Shown piece by piece: positions 24,180-32,000 of a stretch of 32,000 nucleotides of DNA. Source of the stretch: Candidatus Methanoperedens sp. (GTDB taxonomy: Archaea > Halobacteriota > Methanosarcinia > Methanosarcinales > Methanoperedenaceae); the NCBI GenBank assembly GCA_041494705.1, contig JBGQBI010000001.1, forward strand, positions 90,001 to 122,000, given 5' to 3'. The notes under the pieces were generated by a model that was not told the origin of the DNA, ran no database searches, and worked only from the letters and a program-made list of their open reading frames with translations. Each line of letters begins with the position of its first letter. Position 1 is the stretch's first letter. A program made the translations under genes and the position numbers.

Positions 24180-25073
24180 TCAACGATTCCTAAGATACTT
24201 CGTATTTTCTTTCAGGTATCCTTTGAAAAACCATTGAAGAAAAATCATCTCATCCTTTTTTATCTGAGACCGCTCCAGAGCGCTATAATAACCTGCTCTT
24301 TTTTCATAAGGTATATTGAGCATAGGGAAGCCATGCCTATTTAAAACAAAGTTCATCATCAGCCTGCTTATTCTTCCGTTCCCGTCTGCGAAAGGATGAA
24401 TAGTTACAAGTTTCAGATGGACAAGCGCCGCAAGTTCTAAGGTGTGCATTTTGTCTTTATTTTTGCGATACCATCTGAAAAAATCCATTAGCAGAGGATA
24501 TATTTCTGCGGGAAAAGGCGGTGTAAATCTACTTCCTGCAATCGTCACCTGATGCTGCCTTATCATCCCTGCTATGTCTTTTTTCGTGTTCTCAAATAAT
24601 TTTTTGTGAAAATACAATATGAGATCAAGCGATAAGTCCTTTTTGCAATCCAGCGCCTCATAAAATACGCTCCGGTGCGCTTCCGCCTCTTTTACATCGC
24701 GCATAGGTTTTGCATTCGGGGTTATGCTTTTTTCGAGTAGCAAAGAGGTTTCCCTGAATGTCAGGGTTGAGCCTTCTATCCTGTTCGTATCATAAGTGAA
24801 TTTGATAGCAAAGTTCTCCAATTCTTTTTCCTGCGCCGATGGAGGGATTGTTTTTCCCTGCGCTGAATATTCTTCTTTTATTTTGTCAAAAAGGTCAAAC
24901 CATTTCTCCCTGTACATCTCAGAAACAAACTGTCTTTTCAATTCTTCGATGTTTTGCGGCAACGTTTTTCCAAGGTATTTTTCCTTCTTTTCCACCCTGC
25001 CGTTTTCACGGAAGCTGTGCTCGATATAATAATATACCTGTTTGCCTATCGTCTTTTTTCTAATTGCTACCAT
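24180..25073 (-). CDS. Fic-family protein (AMPylase-type) with an internal inhibitory motif
   Basis: It has the Fic motif HPFADGNGRISR. Upstream, TNRIEG fits the (S/T)xxxE(G/N) auto-inhibition motif. Confidence 0.9.
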   Translation of the reverse strand: MVAIRKKTIGKQVYYYIEHSFRENGRVEKKEKYLGKTLPQNIEELKRQFVSEMYREKWFDLFDKIKEEYSAQGKTIPPSAQEKELENFAIKFTYDTNRIEGSTLTFRETSLLLEKSITPNAKPMRDVKEAEAHRSVFYEALDCKKDLSLDLILYFHKKLFENTKKDIAGMIRQHQVTIAGSRFTPPFPAEIYPLLMDFFRWYRKNKDKMHTLELAALVHLKLVTIHPFADGNGRISRLMMNFVLNRHGFPMLNIPYEKRAGYYSALERSQIKKDEMIFLQWFFKGYLKENTKYLRNR

Positions 25074-25086
25074 AAGACTATATTAT

Positions 25087-25130
25087 CCCTACAAGATTAT
25101 AAGTTTTATGGTTTTTTATAAATTGTAGGG
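25087..25130 (-). promoter_or_regulatory. putative fic promoter: a TATA-like box bracketed by an 8-bp inverted repeat
   Basis: The minus strand reads CCCTACAAtttataaaaaaccataaaacttataatcTTGTAGGG, ending 14 nt upstream of the fic ATG. The function is inferred. Confidence 0.3.
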
Positions 25131-25165
25131 GTAAGTAACCAAGGGTATGCCACGCATACCCTAAC

Positions 25166-25306
25166 ACTGCACCGCCGGGTTCGTACAAGTTCGTATCAGT
25201 TCGTTGTTTTTTATAAAAAATTGTCGCCGGAGCTTTGCGCTCTTCGCGCCCTTTGCGGTGAGCGTGGACTTGTGGTTGCATCGGTTTCCTATCGGCGCCA
25301 CAACTG
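25166..25306 (+). repeat. element A copy 3 (full length, ~140 bp, same orientation)
   Basis: It is near-identical to copy 2 over the GTTCGTA x3, TTTTTTATAAAA, CTTTGCG and ..CATCGGTTTCCTATCGGCGCCACAACTGT segments, with one extra CTCTTCGCG unit. The hairpin GGGTATGCcacGCATACCC (25143-25161) precedes it. Confidence 0.9.
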
Positions 25307-25379
25307 TTGAAATAATTTAAGTAATACGTTTGCCAGCCCTTAGTATTAATTAAATATATCCTGACACATAAAGCATGAT

Positions 25380-25639
25380 GTGCCATACGAAATCATAATC
25401 CCCGATAAAATTCAGAGGATCATCGATAAGAAGTGTGATAATCACTTAAAAAAGCGGCTGTTCACAAAATTACTAAAACTCGAAAACGCTCCGCAATCAT
25501 ACGCCAAACCCTTACGCGTTCCTCTCGCAGGCATCTGGGAAATCTATTTTGAAAAGAGATGGCGTGTGCTCTTGAAATAGATGAAAATAACAAATCAATC
25601 ATTGTTGTTGGATTCAAACACAAAGATGAAATGACTTAG
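25380..25639 (+). pseudogene. RelE/ParE-family toxin gene interrupted by a 1-nt frameshift
   Basis: Frame 1 reads MPYEIIIPDKIQRII..LAGIWEIYFEKRWRVLLK and stops at 25578-25580. The expected C-terminus EIDENNKSIIVVGFKHKDEMT continues from 25574 in another frame to TAG 25637-25639. One extra T at 25572-25573 would restore ..RVLFEIDENNK... Confidence 0.65.
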
Positions 25640-25642
25640 AGC

Positions 25643-25834
25643 TTATTCTTTCATTAGTTCATGTAGCGTTTTAAAATTACCAGATTTATAATCTTCCCTG
25701 CTCTCTTTAATCTGCTCTATAAGTTCGGAGTCTGAAAGAACTTCCAGAGTAGATTTCATAGATTCATATTCATCACTGGAAATAGTTACCCACTGTGCTT
25801 TATGTTCCCCGGAAGTTTCAATAACGCTGCTCAT
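25643..25834 (-). CDS. small Phd/YefM-like antitoxin-type protein (orphan)
   Basis: WVTISSDEYESMKSTLEVLSDSELIEQIKESREDYKSGNFKTLHEL fits the antitoxin pattern. It is convergent with the relE-like remnant and only 3 nt from it. No toxin gene lies downstream on the same strand. Confidence 0.5.
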   Translation of the reverse strand: MSSVIETSGEHKAQWVTISSDEYESMKSTLEVLSDSELIEQIKESREDYKSGNFKTLHELMKE

Positions 25835-25952
25835 TATGGTATTATTGCAATACATCATATTTAAACATTGTTTTTGGCAGCAACCCTATCCAAAATCTAT
25901 CCCTATCCGCGCCCCTTCCTTCAAAACCCCAGGCGTGCAAACCCTTATGCGC

Positions 25953-26042
25953 CCGGCGCCGCTGAGTTCGTACGAGTTCGTATCAGTTCGTTGTTTTTTA
26001 TAAAATATTGCTGCCGCACTTTGCGCCCTTTGCGGTGAGCGC
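25953..26042 (+). repeat. element A copy 4 (first ~90 bp conserved, different tail)
   Basis: The sequence is ..CTGAGTTCGTACGAGTTCGTATCAGTTCGTTGTTTTTTATAAAATATTGCTGCCGCACTTTGCGCCCTTTGCGGTGAGCG. It then diverges to GCTCCGATGGCCGCCCCGG. Confidence 0.9.
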
Positions 26043-26126
26043 GCTCCGATGGCCGCCCCGGTCTACATAAGAAGTTGGAGATTTTTTAATTTCTTCTGGG
26101 TAAATGAAATCAAGTAAGGATAATCG

Positions 26127-26194
26127 ACCACAGAGCACACAGAGAGCACAGAGAGTTGCCCCTTTTCTCAGTGTCCTCTGTGCTCTCTGTGGTT
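26127..26194. repeat. hairpin element B copy 2
   Basis: ACCACAGAGCACACAGAGAGCACAGAGAG..loop..CTCAGTGTCCTCTGTGCTCTCTGTGGTT lies 60 nt downstream of the dus stop. Confidence 0.85.
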
Positions 26195-26253
26195 TTTCAA
26201 ACCAGAAAATAATAAAAAGTCTCAGAAGTTGATACCATAATCCAAATCCGAAC

Positions 26254-27207
26254 TCATTCCAATCCTCCGATTATCCCCATCACAGAATCAATATCATTTG
26301 CTTTATTAATCTCTATACGCACAGATTTTATGTTATCTATGCCTTTCGTGAACCACTGCGCATTAAGCTTCAGGTCATTTAAAGCCAGCATGCCATATTT
26401 ACTGCACAAAGCCGTGTACTCATAAAAATCCCGAAGCCGCTCAGCCATTTCCTGGGGAGGTAATAATTCCCCGGTGGAAAGATAATGTGAAAGCCTCCTG
26501 AATATATACGGGTTCCCGATTGCAGCCCTTCCTATCATAAGCCCGTCGCACTGCGTATATTCAAGCACTTCCCGGGCGGTTTTCTCATCGTAAATATCGC
26601 CGTTTGCAATCACAGGAATCGATAGTTCTTTCTTGACACCTTTAATGAATTCAAGGTTGGATTTTCCGGAATAGCCCTGTTTCTGTGTCCTTCCGTGAAT
26701 GGTGATAGTGTCGGCGCCGGATTTTTCGATAATCCTTGCGATTTTTAGTGTCTCCTCAAAACTATTCATTATTCTCATCTTCGCTGTGAGCGGTACATCA
26801 AGAGCAAAAGAAAGCTGTTCTATTATTTCCCCGATGATTTCAGGATTTTTCAGGAGCGCAGACCCGAAGCCGTTTTTGATAACGCTCTGCGCCGGGCAGC
26901 CAAGATTTATGTCAAAAAGGTCCGGATTATATCTTTCCTGCAAGATACGCGCAGAATCGACAAGGTCAGCAGCATCAGAACCCAGTAACTGGATTCCGAA
27001 AGGCTTCTCGTCTTTAGATGTAAGACATCTATCTATGCTTTCGGCATTTCGCCTGACAATCCCGCCGGAACAGACCATCTCCGAATACACAAGCGATGCC
27101 CCGTATTTTTTGCAGAGCAGCCTGAATGGCAGGTTCGTGACATCAGACATCGGGGCAAGAACAAGATTCCTGTCCAGCCTTATTTTTCCGATATTTAGAT
27201 GAATCAT
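26254..27207 (-). CDS. tRNA-dihydrouridine synthase (Dus family)
   Basis: It has LAPMSDVTNLPFRLLC, DINLGCP and ITIHGRT motifs. Confidence 0.85.
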   Translation of the reverse strand: MIHLNIGKIRLDRNLVLAPMSDVTNLPFRLLCKKYGASLVYSEMVCSGGIVRRNAESIDRCLTSKDEKPFGIQLLGSDAADLVDSARILQERYNPDLFDINLGCPAQSVIKNGFGSALLKNPEIIGEIIEQLSFALDVPLTAKMRIMNSFEETLKIARIIEKSGADTITIHGRTQKQGYSGKSNLEFIKGVKKELSIPVIANGDIYDEKTAREVLEYTQCDGLMIGRAAIGNPYIFRRLSHYLSTGELLPPQEMAERLRDFYEYTALCSKYGMLALNDLKLNAQWFTKGIDNIKSVRIEINKANDIDSVMGIIGGLE

Positions 27208-27253
27208 ACGTTTTAATCCTTGAGAGAAAACAATTTTCTTGATTTTATTTAAG

Positions 27254-27685
27254 TCATTGTGACTTTAATTTTCTAAAATATTCCATCAAGCTTTCAAGAC
27301 TCGTAACCTCTTCTTTTACAAGAGAAATTTTTGCAGTAATATTCTTGAACTCGGGAATCCCTTTTCCTCCCGTATCGCCCGATACAAGAACATTTGACCA
27401 CGGGCTGTTCACCATGAAGGCTACACCGCCGGGTTCATCTCTTTTAGACTCCCTGACCTCCACGACGATGCTTCCATTATTATTGGCGACCTTTACTCTG
27501 TCTCCCGACTTCAATCCCATTTTCGCCATGTCGTTTTTACTCATCATGATGCAGGCGGACAGTTTTTCATAATCCTTTCCAAACCTGTCGCGTTCCTGCG
27601 CCTCGACCTGGAAAATATCCCTGTATGTAGTGATTTTTATCTCGTATTCCGGATTTTTCAGGAACTTTCCGACATCGATTCCCAT
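27254..27685 (-). CDS. fwdD: formylmethanofuran dehydrogenase subunit D (MopB beta-barrel domain protein)
   Basis: The 143-aa protein has GLKSGDRVKVANNNGSIVVEV..PGGVAFMVNSPWSNVL. TAATG overlap with fwdB. Confidence 0.75.
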   Translation of the reverse strand: MGIDVGKFLKNPEYEIKITTYRDIFQVEAQERDRFGKDYEKLSACIMMSKNDMAKMGLKSGDRVKVANNNGSIVVEVRESKRDEPGGVAFMVNSPWSNVLVSGDTGGKGIPEFKNITAKISLVKEEVTSLESLMEYFRKLKSQ

Positions 27686-28896
27686 TAAAGCGCCTCCATC
27701 AATCGAGTGAGCAGTTCCTCATCAGTTGGGTAATCGCTTTCAATCATCTTTGACAGCCCGACTTTTTTCCCGTCCATCCTGACGGCGGTGCCGCCTGATT
27801 CAACTCCCGACACAGCGCATGGGATTGTTACAGCGGCTATTTTTGATGTCATGGTAACACACGGGTCTATGCATATCACCGGTATGGATGCAAGGTGCCG
27901 GATTAATGAACGCGGCAGGCTTGATAGCGGGTCAGAACCTGCAACGAGCAGGGCGTCTATGCTTTTTTCCCGAAGCGCCTCAATGATTGAATATTTATCG
28001 TCATGAACCGCTGTGTCATGAAATCTAACCCGGTTCACGAACCCGGTTTCTTTGAACAAATTCTCGTTAAAGCCGCGCATATTGTAATGGCCCACCATGG
28101 GCATAATGTGGAAATTCGGGAGCTTATCTGCCAGTGAAACCAGGATATCAAAATCCTCTTTTATCGAATATGTTAGCCCGATGCCCACACAAATCACCCC
28201 GAACTCGGCTTTTTTCAATATGGCTGCAAGCTCAAGAATCTTTTTTGGCTCATACGCGGGGACTTTTCCGGAGAGAGCGTCTATCAGGGCAAGGATAAAT
28301 TCCCTGTCGCCCTTTGGCTGTATCCTGTAAAAGTGCCCCTTGCATATCTTTGCTGTATTGGATTCGCGCACATCTATCGCTATGGCAATCCTGTCTTCTT
28401 CGTAGCCACGCTGTCGGGATTCTCCGCGGGGAAAATATGAGAACCGGGAGAGATGCCGCGGCTGTGAGTCCTGAGCATCCGACCCCCAATAGACAAGAAC
28501 ATCAGCTTTGTTCCTTACATCTTCAAGCGTGCATGTTCTGAATTTTTTCCGGAGTATCTTTTCTATCAGGAGCCCCTGGCAAAATGATGATGTATCGTCG
28601 ATTATCGCGCCCAGTTTCTTTGCCAGTTGGATTCCTTTTACCTGGGCTTCACATGTTGAGTTGCTAAAGCCAAAAAGCATTGGCGCTCTGGCATCCTTAA
28701 GTATCCCGGCAGCTTTCTTGATGGCACTTTCAATATCAACAGGCTTTTGGGCTATGGTCGGCGCCAGCCTGTTAGTGCAGCCCTTTATCCGCGCAGCCCC
28801 CCGCCTGCATGCATGTCTCGTCTCTTTTATCCTGTTGTTTTCAACTGTGACCTCAATATCATCGCATAACAGTGCGCATCCGGGGCAGGTTGCCAT
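27685..28896 (-). CDS. fwdB: formylmethanofuran dehydrogenase subunit B (Cys form)
   Basis: It has the MATCPGCALLCDDIEV N-terminus and a DDTSSFCQG region. The ATG at 28896 (GGTG 5 nt upstream) is preferred over the GTG at 28905. There is no in-frame TGA. Confidence 0.8.
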   Translation of the reverse strand: MATCPGCALLCDDIEVTVENNRIKETRHACRRGAARIKGCTNRLAPTIAQKPVDIESAIKKAAGILKDARAPMLFGFSNSTCEAQVKGIQLAKKLGAIIDDTSSFCQGLLIEKILRKKFRTCTLEDVRNKADVLVYWGSDAQDSQPRHLSRFSYFPRGESRQRGYEEDRIAIAIDVRESNTAKICKGHFYRIQPKGDREFILALIDALSGKVPAYEPKKILELAAILKKAEFGVICVGIGLTYSIKEDFDILVSLADKLPNFHIMPMVGHYNMRGFNENLFKETGFVNRVRFHDTAVHDDKYSIIEALREKSIDALLVAGSDPLSSLPRSLIRHLASIPVICIDPCVTMTSKIAAVTIPCAVSGVESGGTAVRMDGKKVGLSKMIESDYPTDEELLTRLMEAL

Positions 28897-28905
28897 TAAA
28901 AACAC

Positions 28906-29364
28906 CTACACGAACTCGATTGCACCGGTCGGGCATGGGTCTATGCATGCATAACAGAGCACCCTGTTCTTCCCAAAGCGCCTGCATTCCTTTATATTTG
29001 AAGCCACTATTTTGCCGTCAACCACTTTGAAGATCACTTTATCGTTTGTGGGAGCGCATCCGATAGCTGCGCCTTTGGGGTCGTTTGCCACATCCACAGG
29101 GCATGCAACCACGCAATTACCGCAGCCTGTGCATAGTTCGGGATGGACTATCATGCCTGTTTCCCCTGCCCCGGCTGAAGGTAAAAGAAGAGCTTCCAGT
29201 TTTTCTTTCTGTTTTTTAAAATTTTCTTCAAGAATGGGAGTACATTCGGATATGTTTCTTTTCCTTCCCAGTAATGCAACCGAAAAAGCCATGCATGTGG
29301 ATTCACCGCATATCTTGCAGTTGGTTTTTGGCAAGAGCTGGTAAATCTCCATTACTGTAACCAT
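28906..29364 (-). CDS. Fe-S protein: N-terminal CdhE/RnfB-type Fe-S cluster domain plus 2x[4Fe-4S] ferredoxin domain
   Basis: LLPKTNCKICGESTCMAFSVAL resembles the N-terminal Fe-S domain of corrinoid Fe-S / RnfB proteins. It also has CTGCGNCVVACP and CYACIDPCP. Confidence 0.7.
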   Translation of the reverse strand: MVTVMEIYQLLPKTNCKICGESTCMAFSVALLGRKRNISECTPILEENFKKQKEKLEALLLPSAGAGETGMIVHPELCTGCGNCVVACPVDVANDPKGAAIGCAPTNDKVIFKVVDGKIVASNIKECRRFGKNRVLCYACIDPCPTGAIEFV

Positions 29365-29458
29365 GGCTCGGAAATTGGTTTTATAATGGATAAATGTTAT
29401 GATTCCGGCACCTTGAGAATAAAAAAAATATAAATAGTAGAATTACCAATCAAATATT

Positions 29459-29740
29459 ATGAAAGTAGTTTTCAGAATTATTGGCGGAGAGGAAGACCTC
29501 AACGATATTGATGGGAAAGAAGAAAATGTACATTTTTGTTTCAGGCCGTCTGAAAAAAACATTTTTGAGCTTGTGACAAAAACCCCAAAACTGAAAAGGA
29601 TACAACTGCCGTCGTCGTATCATAAAACGATATCAGGCACAACGAAAACGCTTTTAAAAATGAAAAATATCAAATTGTTAACCGGGGATATCTGGGGTCA
29701 TCGGACTGACATAGACAGGTTTGCCGAGATAGAAATTTAA
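29459..29740 (+). CDS. DUF1699-like small protein
   Basis: FRPSEKNIFELV..RIQLPSSYHKTIS..LLKMKNIKLLTGDIWGHRTDI matches my recollection of archaeal DUF1699 proteins. Confidence 0.5.
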   Translation: MKVVFRIIGGEEDLNDIDGKEENVHFCFRPSEKNIFELVTKTPKLKRIQLPSSYHKTISGTTKTLLKMKNIKLLTGDIWGHRTDIDRFAEIEI

Positions 29741-29768
29741 AATCCGGGGTGAAGGCACAGGGTTTGGC

Positions 29769-30347
29769 TTACACTTTAGTGCCGACTATGACAGTAAGCT
29801 GCTCGAACATAAATCTTTCATGAGCTATTTCTTTAACCGCATAATTCAGCGACCTCATCTTCGATTTCACCTCTTCTATTCCGGTCAATGACGACACCAC
29901 CATCAGAATCCTTCCGTTATCAACAAGGTGAGGCAGCGCATCCCCAAGAAACCTGAATATTATCTCCCTGCCGTCATGTCCCCCGGTCAGGGCAACGTCA
30001 ATCCAGTCCTTTTTTGCCCCTTCATGACCTGGAAGATACGGCGGATTAAATATTATAATATCGAATTTCCCTTTAACACAGCTTAACAAATCGCCCCTGA
30101 TTGCATCCACGCCATTTTCTTTCGTGCATGCCGCTGCGTATGGGTTGATATCAATACCTGTTATTTTTGCTTTTGTATTGGCTTTTATGACCGCGGAAAT
30201 TATCCCGCTCCCGCAGCCTACTTCTAAAATCCTCTCCGAGTCTTTTATTTCTGATAATGCTGCCTCTGCGAGCAGGAAAGAGTCTTCGGAAGGTTCATAG
30301 ACCGAATCCGTATATTTTATGACAGTATTTTTATAATGAATATTCAT
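29769..30347 (-). CDS. HemK-related class I SAM methyltransferase (NPPY type)
   Basis: It has ILEVGCGSGIIS (motif I) and IIFNPPY (motif IV). The ATG at 30347 (MNIHYKNTVIKYTDSVYEPSEDSF) is preferred over the track start at 30428. Confidence 0.75.
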   Translation of the reverse strand: MNIHYKNTVIKYTDSVYEPSEDSFLLAEAALSEIKDSERILEVGCGSGIISAVIKANTKAKITGIDINPYAAACTKENGVDAIRGDLLSCVKGKFDIIIFNPPYLPGHEGAKKDWIDVALTGGHDGREIIFRFLGDALPHLVDNGRILMVVSSLTGIEEVKSKMRSLNYAVKEIAHERFMFEQLTVIVGTKV

Positions 30348-30558
30348 CGGGGGATTCTGACATTGGCTGTTAAACTGATAATGATATCCATGCAATTTAA
30401 ATATAATGGATGATAATGATAAATACAAAAACGTTTAAGTACATTGATGTGAATTAGGGCTTAAAGCCATATCCGTCAATATCGGAAAATTATAATATTA
30501 TGAGAATTAGTCTGGGTAGGAAAGCATGCCATGTAAATCTAATCATCGGAGATATTAA

Positions 30559-32000
30559 ATGATAGTTAAAAAAGGAAGTTTTGTAATAGAAGGATTGGAA
30601 AACGTCCAGATAAATATTGGCAAAATCGGCGAGGGGCAGGAAGAAAAGGTAGAAGGGCCTACGCCCCGTCCCGACATTATCAGTCTTCGGAACTGGGATT
30701 ACCGCCTCCTTGACAGGTACAACCCTGTTTATACACCCACAAGCGATTTGTGCGATTACTGCACGTACGGGAAATGCGACCTGACAGGCAACAAGGAAGG
30801 GGCGTGCGGCATTGACCTTGAAGGGCAATCAGCAAGACAGGCGCTCATGACAAGTATAATGGGGGCGGCATGCCACACCGCGCACGGTCGTCATCTTCTT
30901 CATTACCTGATAAAAAAATACGGCGAAGACCGCCTGATTGATGTCGGCCCGAGCAACCTTAAAGCCCCGCTTACCGAGACGATAATGGGTATCCAGCCGC
31001 AAACCATTGGCGACTTTCTCCCGGTACTTGATTATGTGGAAGAGCAATTGACCCAGCTTATAGCCGCAGCCAATACGGGACAGGAGGGTTCAGCCCGGGA
31101 TTTTGAGTCCAAAGCGCTTCATGCCGGGATGCTTGACCTCCTGGGAATGGAAGTGGCTGACATAATCCAGATTTCATGCATGGGGTTCCCTAAATCAGAT
31201 GAGAAAACACCTCTGGCAGAAGTGGGGATGGGCATTCTTGATTCCAAAAAACCGGTTGTAATATGCGTGGGACATAATATCGCTGCTCCGGCGTACATAC
31301 TGGATTACATGGACAAAGGCGGTCTTTTTGATAAAATAGAGATTGCAGGGTTGTGCTGTACCGCCCATGATATGACCCGTTATAACAAATCCGCAAAAAT
31401 CATCGGTTCCATGAGCAAGGAATTGAAATATATACGCTCAGGGATTCCCGATGTACTGGTCACTGATGAGCAGTGCGTAAGGGCTGATATATTGAAAGAA
31501 GCACAAAAACTTCATATTCCGGTAATTGCCACTAACGAAAAAATCACATACGGATTGCCTGACAGGTCAAATGACAGTGTTGATGTTATCATAGATGACC
31601 TTGTGAGCGGAAAACAGGCAGGGGTACTGCTTCTTGATTTTGAAAAAATCGGGGAACTCGTCCCTAAACTTGCAATGAAGATGGGACCAATCAGGAAAGC
31701 CAAAGGATTAACCGCTCTTCCGAATGATGAGGAATTCAAGAAACTTGTTTCAAAATGTACAAAATGCCTCCAGTGCACAAGGGATTGCCCGCAGAGCTTG
31801 CCAATATCAGATGCCATGGTGGCTGCCGTGAACGGCGACCTTTCGCCTTTTGAGATACTCCATGACAAATGCGTGGGCTGCGGACGGTGCGATTATAGCT
31901 GCCCTGTGGATATACCCGTACTAAATGTTATCGAAAAGGCATCGCAGCGCGTAATCAGGGAAGAAAAAGGCAAGGTGAGGATTGGAAGAGGACAGATAGG
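30559..32000 (+). CDS. cdhA: acetyl-CoA decarbonylase/synthase complex subunit alpha (CODH catalytic subunit); the 3' part lies outside the window
   Basis: Absent from the track because there is no stop inside the window. My translation reads MIVKKGSFVIEGLENVQINIG..CDYCTYGKCDL..GACGID..MGAACHTAHGRH..ICVGHNIA..IAGLCCTAHDMTRY..DEQCVR..CTKCLQCTRDCP..CVGCGRCDYSCP..GRGQI. GGAG lies upstream of ATG 30559. Confidence 0.9.
   Translation, partial: MIVKKGSFVIEGLENVQINIGKIGEGQEEKVEGPTPRPDIISLRNWDYRLLDRYNPVYTPTSDLCDYCTYGKCDLTGNKEGACGIDLEGQSARQALMTSIMGAACHTAHGRHLLHYLIKKYGEDRLIDVGPSNLKAPLTETIMGIQPQTIGDFLPVLDYVEEQLTQLIAAANTGQEGSARDFESKALHAGMLDLLGMEVADIIQISCMGFPKSDEKTPLAEVGMGILDSKKPVVICVGHNIAAPAYILDYMDKGGLFDKIEIAGLCCTAHDMTRYNKSAKIIGSMSKELKYIRSGIPDVLVTDEQCVRADILKEAQKLHIPVIATNEKITYGLPDRSNDSVDVIIDDLVSGKQAGVLLLDFEKIGELVPKLAMKMGPIRKAKGLTALPNDEEFKKLVSKCTKCLQCTRDCPQSLPISDAMVAAVNGDLSPFEILHDKCVGCGRCDYSCPVDIPVLNVIEKASQRVIREEKGKVRIGRGQI

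Noticed and set aside
23694-25386. ORFs 23694..24107 (-), 23967..24149 (+) and 25078..25386 (-) cover element A copies.
   Set aside because: They are translations of the repeated element (recurring ..RTRTN.. / ..HRKGRK.. strings) and overlap better-supported features. They are unlikely to be genes.
24014-26064. The repeat-bounded Fic/TA segments were considered as an integron cassette array with attC sites.
   Set aside because: There is no integrase in the window. The element lacks the imperfect inverted-repeat (R''-L''/L'-R') structure and the GTTRRRY core that I would expect for attC. I kept it only as a neutral 'repeat-bounded cassettes' observation.
14732-28896. I looked for selenocysteine (in-frame TGA) or pyrrolysine (in-frame TAG) recoding in hdrA, mvhD, the MopB-like gene and fwdB.
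   Set aside because: All frames are uninterrupted. The positions that carry Sec in some methanogens are Cys here (e.g. [22 protein letters not shown]).
30490-31868. Minus-strand ORFs lie at 30490..30828, 30829..31047, 31190..31396 and 31512..31868.
   Set aside because: They are antisense to the clearly recognisable cdhA reading frame, which is missing from the track only because it has no stop within the window.

Overview
This is a 32-kb archaeal chromosomal segment. The gene content is typical of a Methanosarcinales-type methanogen or ANME-like methanotroph: McrD, HdrABC, an HdrD-like protein, MvhD, FwdBD, CdhA, TFE, prefoldin beta and KEOPS Pcc1. Layout: (i) 1-5.3 kb is an accessory patch. 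It holds a beta-CASP RNase, a DUF5678-like plus retropepsin-like protease pair, a Zn-ribbon ORF, a divergent PD-(D/E)XK nuclease / DNA methyltransferase pair with strongly discordant GC, and a small TA-like pair. (ii) 5.3-11.3 kb carries housekeeping genes: CNNM transporter, Pcc1, pfdB, DHH phosphoesterase, LeuA-family synthase, DUF2551, HD hydrolase and TFE. (iii) 11.5-24.0 kb has a stand-alone mcrD followed by a translationally coupled 11-12 gene Hdr-type cluster. Its order is hdrD-like, hdrC, hdrB, a 1019-aa tandem HdrA, mvhD, hdrA, mvhD, frhB/fdhB-like, a repeat-built ORF, a compact molybdopterin-oxidoreductase-like protein and a small ORF. (iv) 24.0-26.2 kb has a Fic gene and decayed toxin-antitoxin genes separated by three direct copies of a ~90-135 bp element. 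(v) The remainder has dus, fwdD, fwdB, an Fe-S protein, DUF1699, a HemK-like methylase and the first 1.4 kb of cdhA. I recognised no rRNA, tRNA, CRISPR array, transposase or integrase. The most notable observations are the non-canonical Hdr cluster, three conserved genes whose only plausible start codon is ATA, and a family of modular short-repeat elements that bracket the accessory genes and fill an in-operon ORF. All calls rest on reading motifs by eye; no database search was possible.
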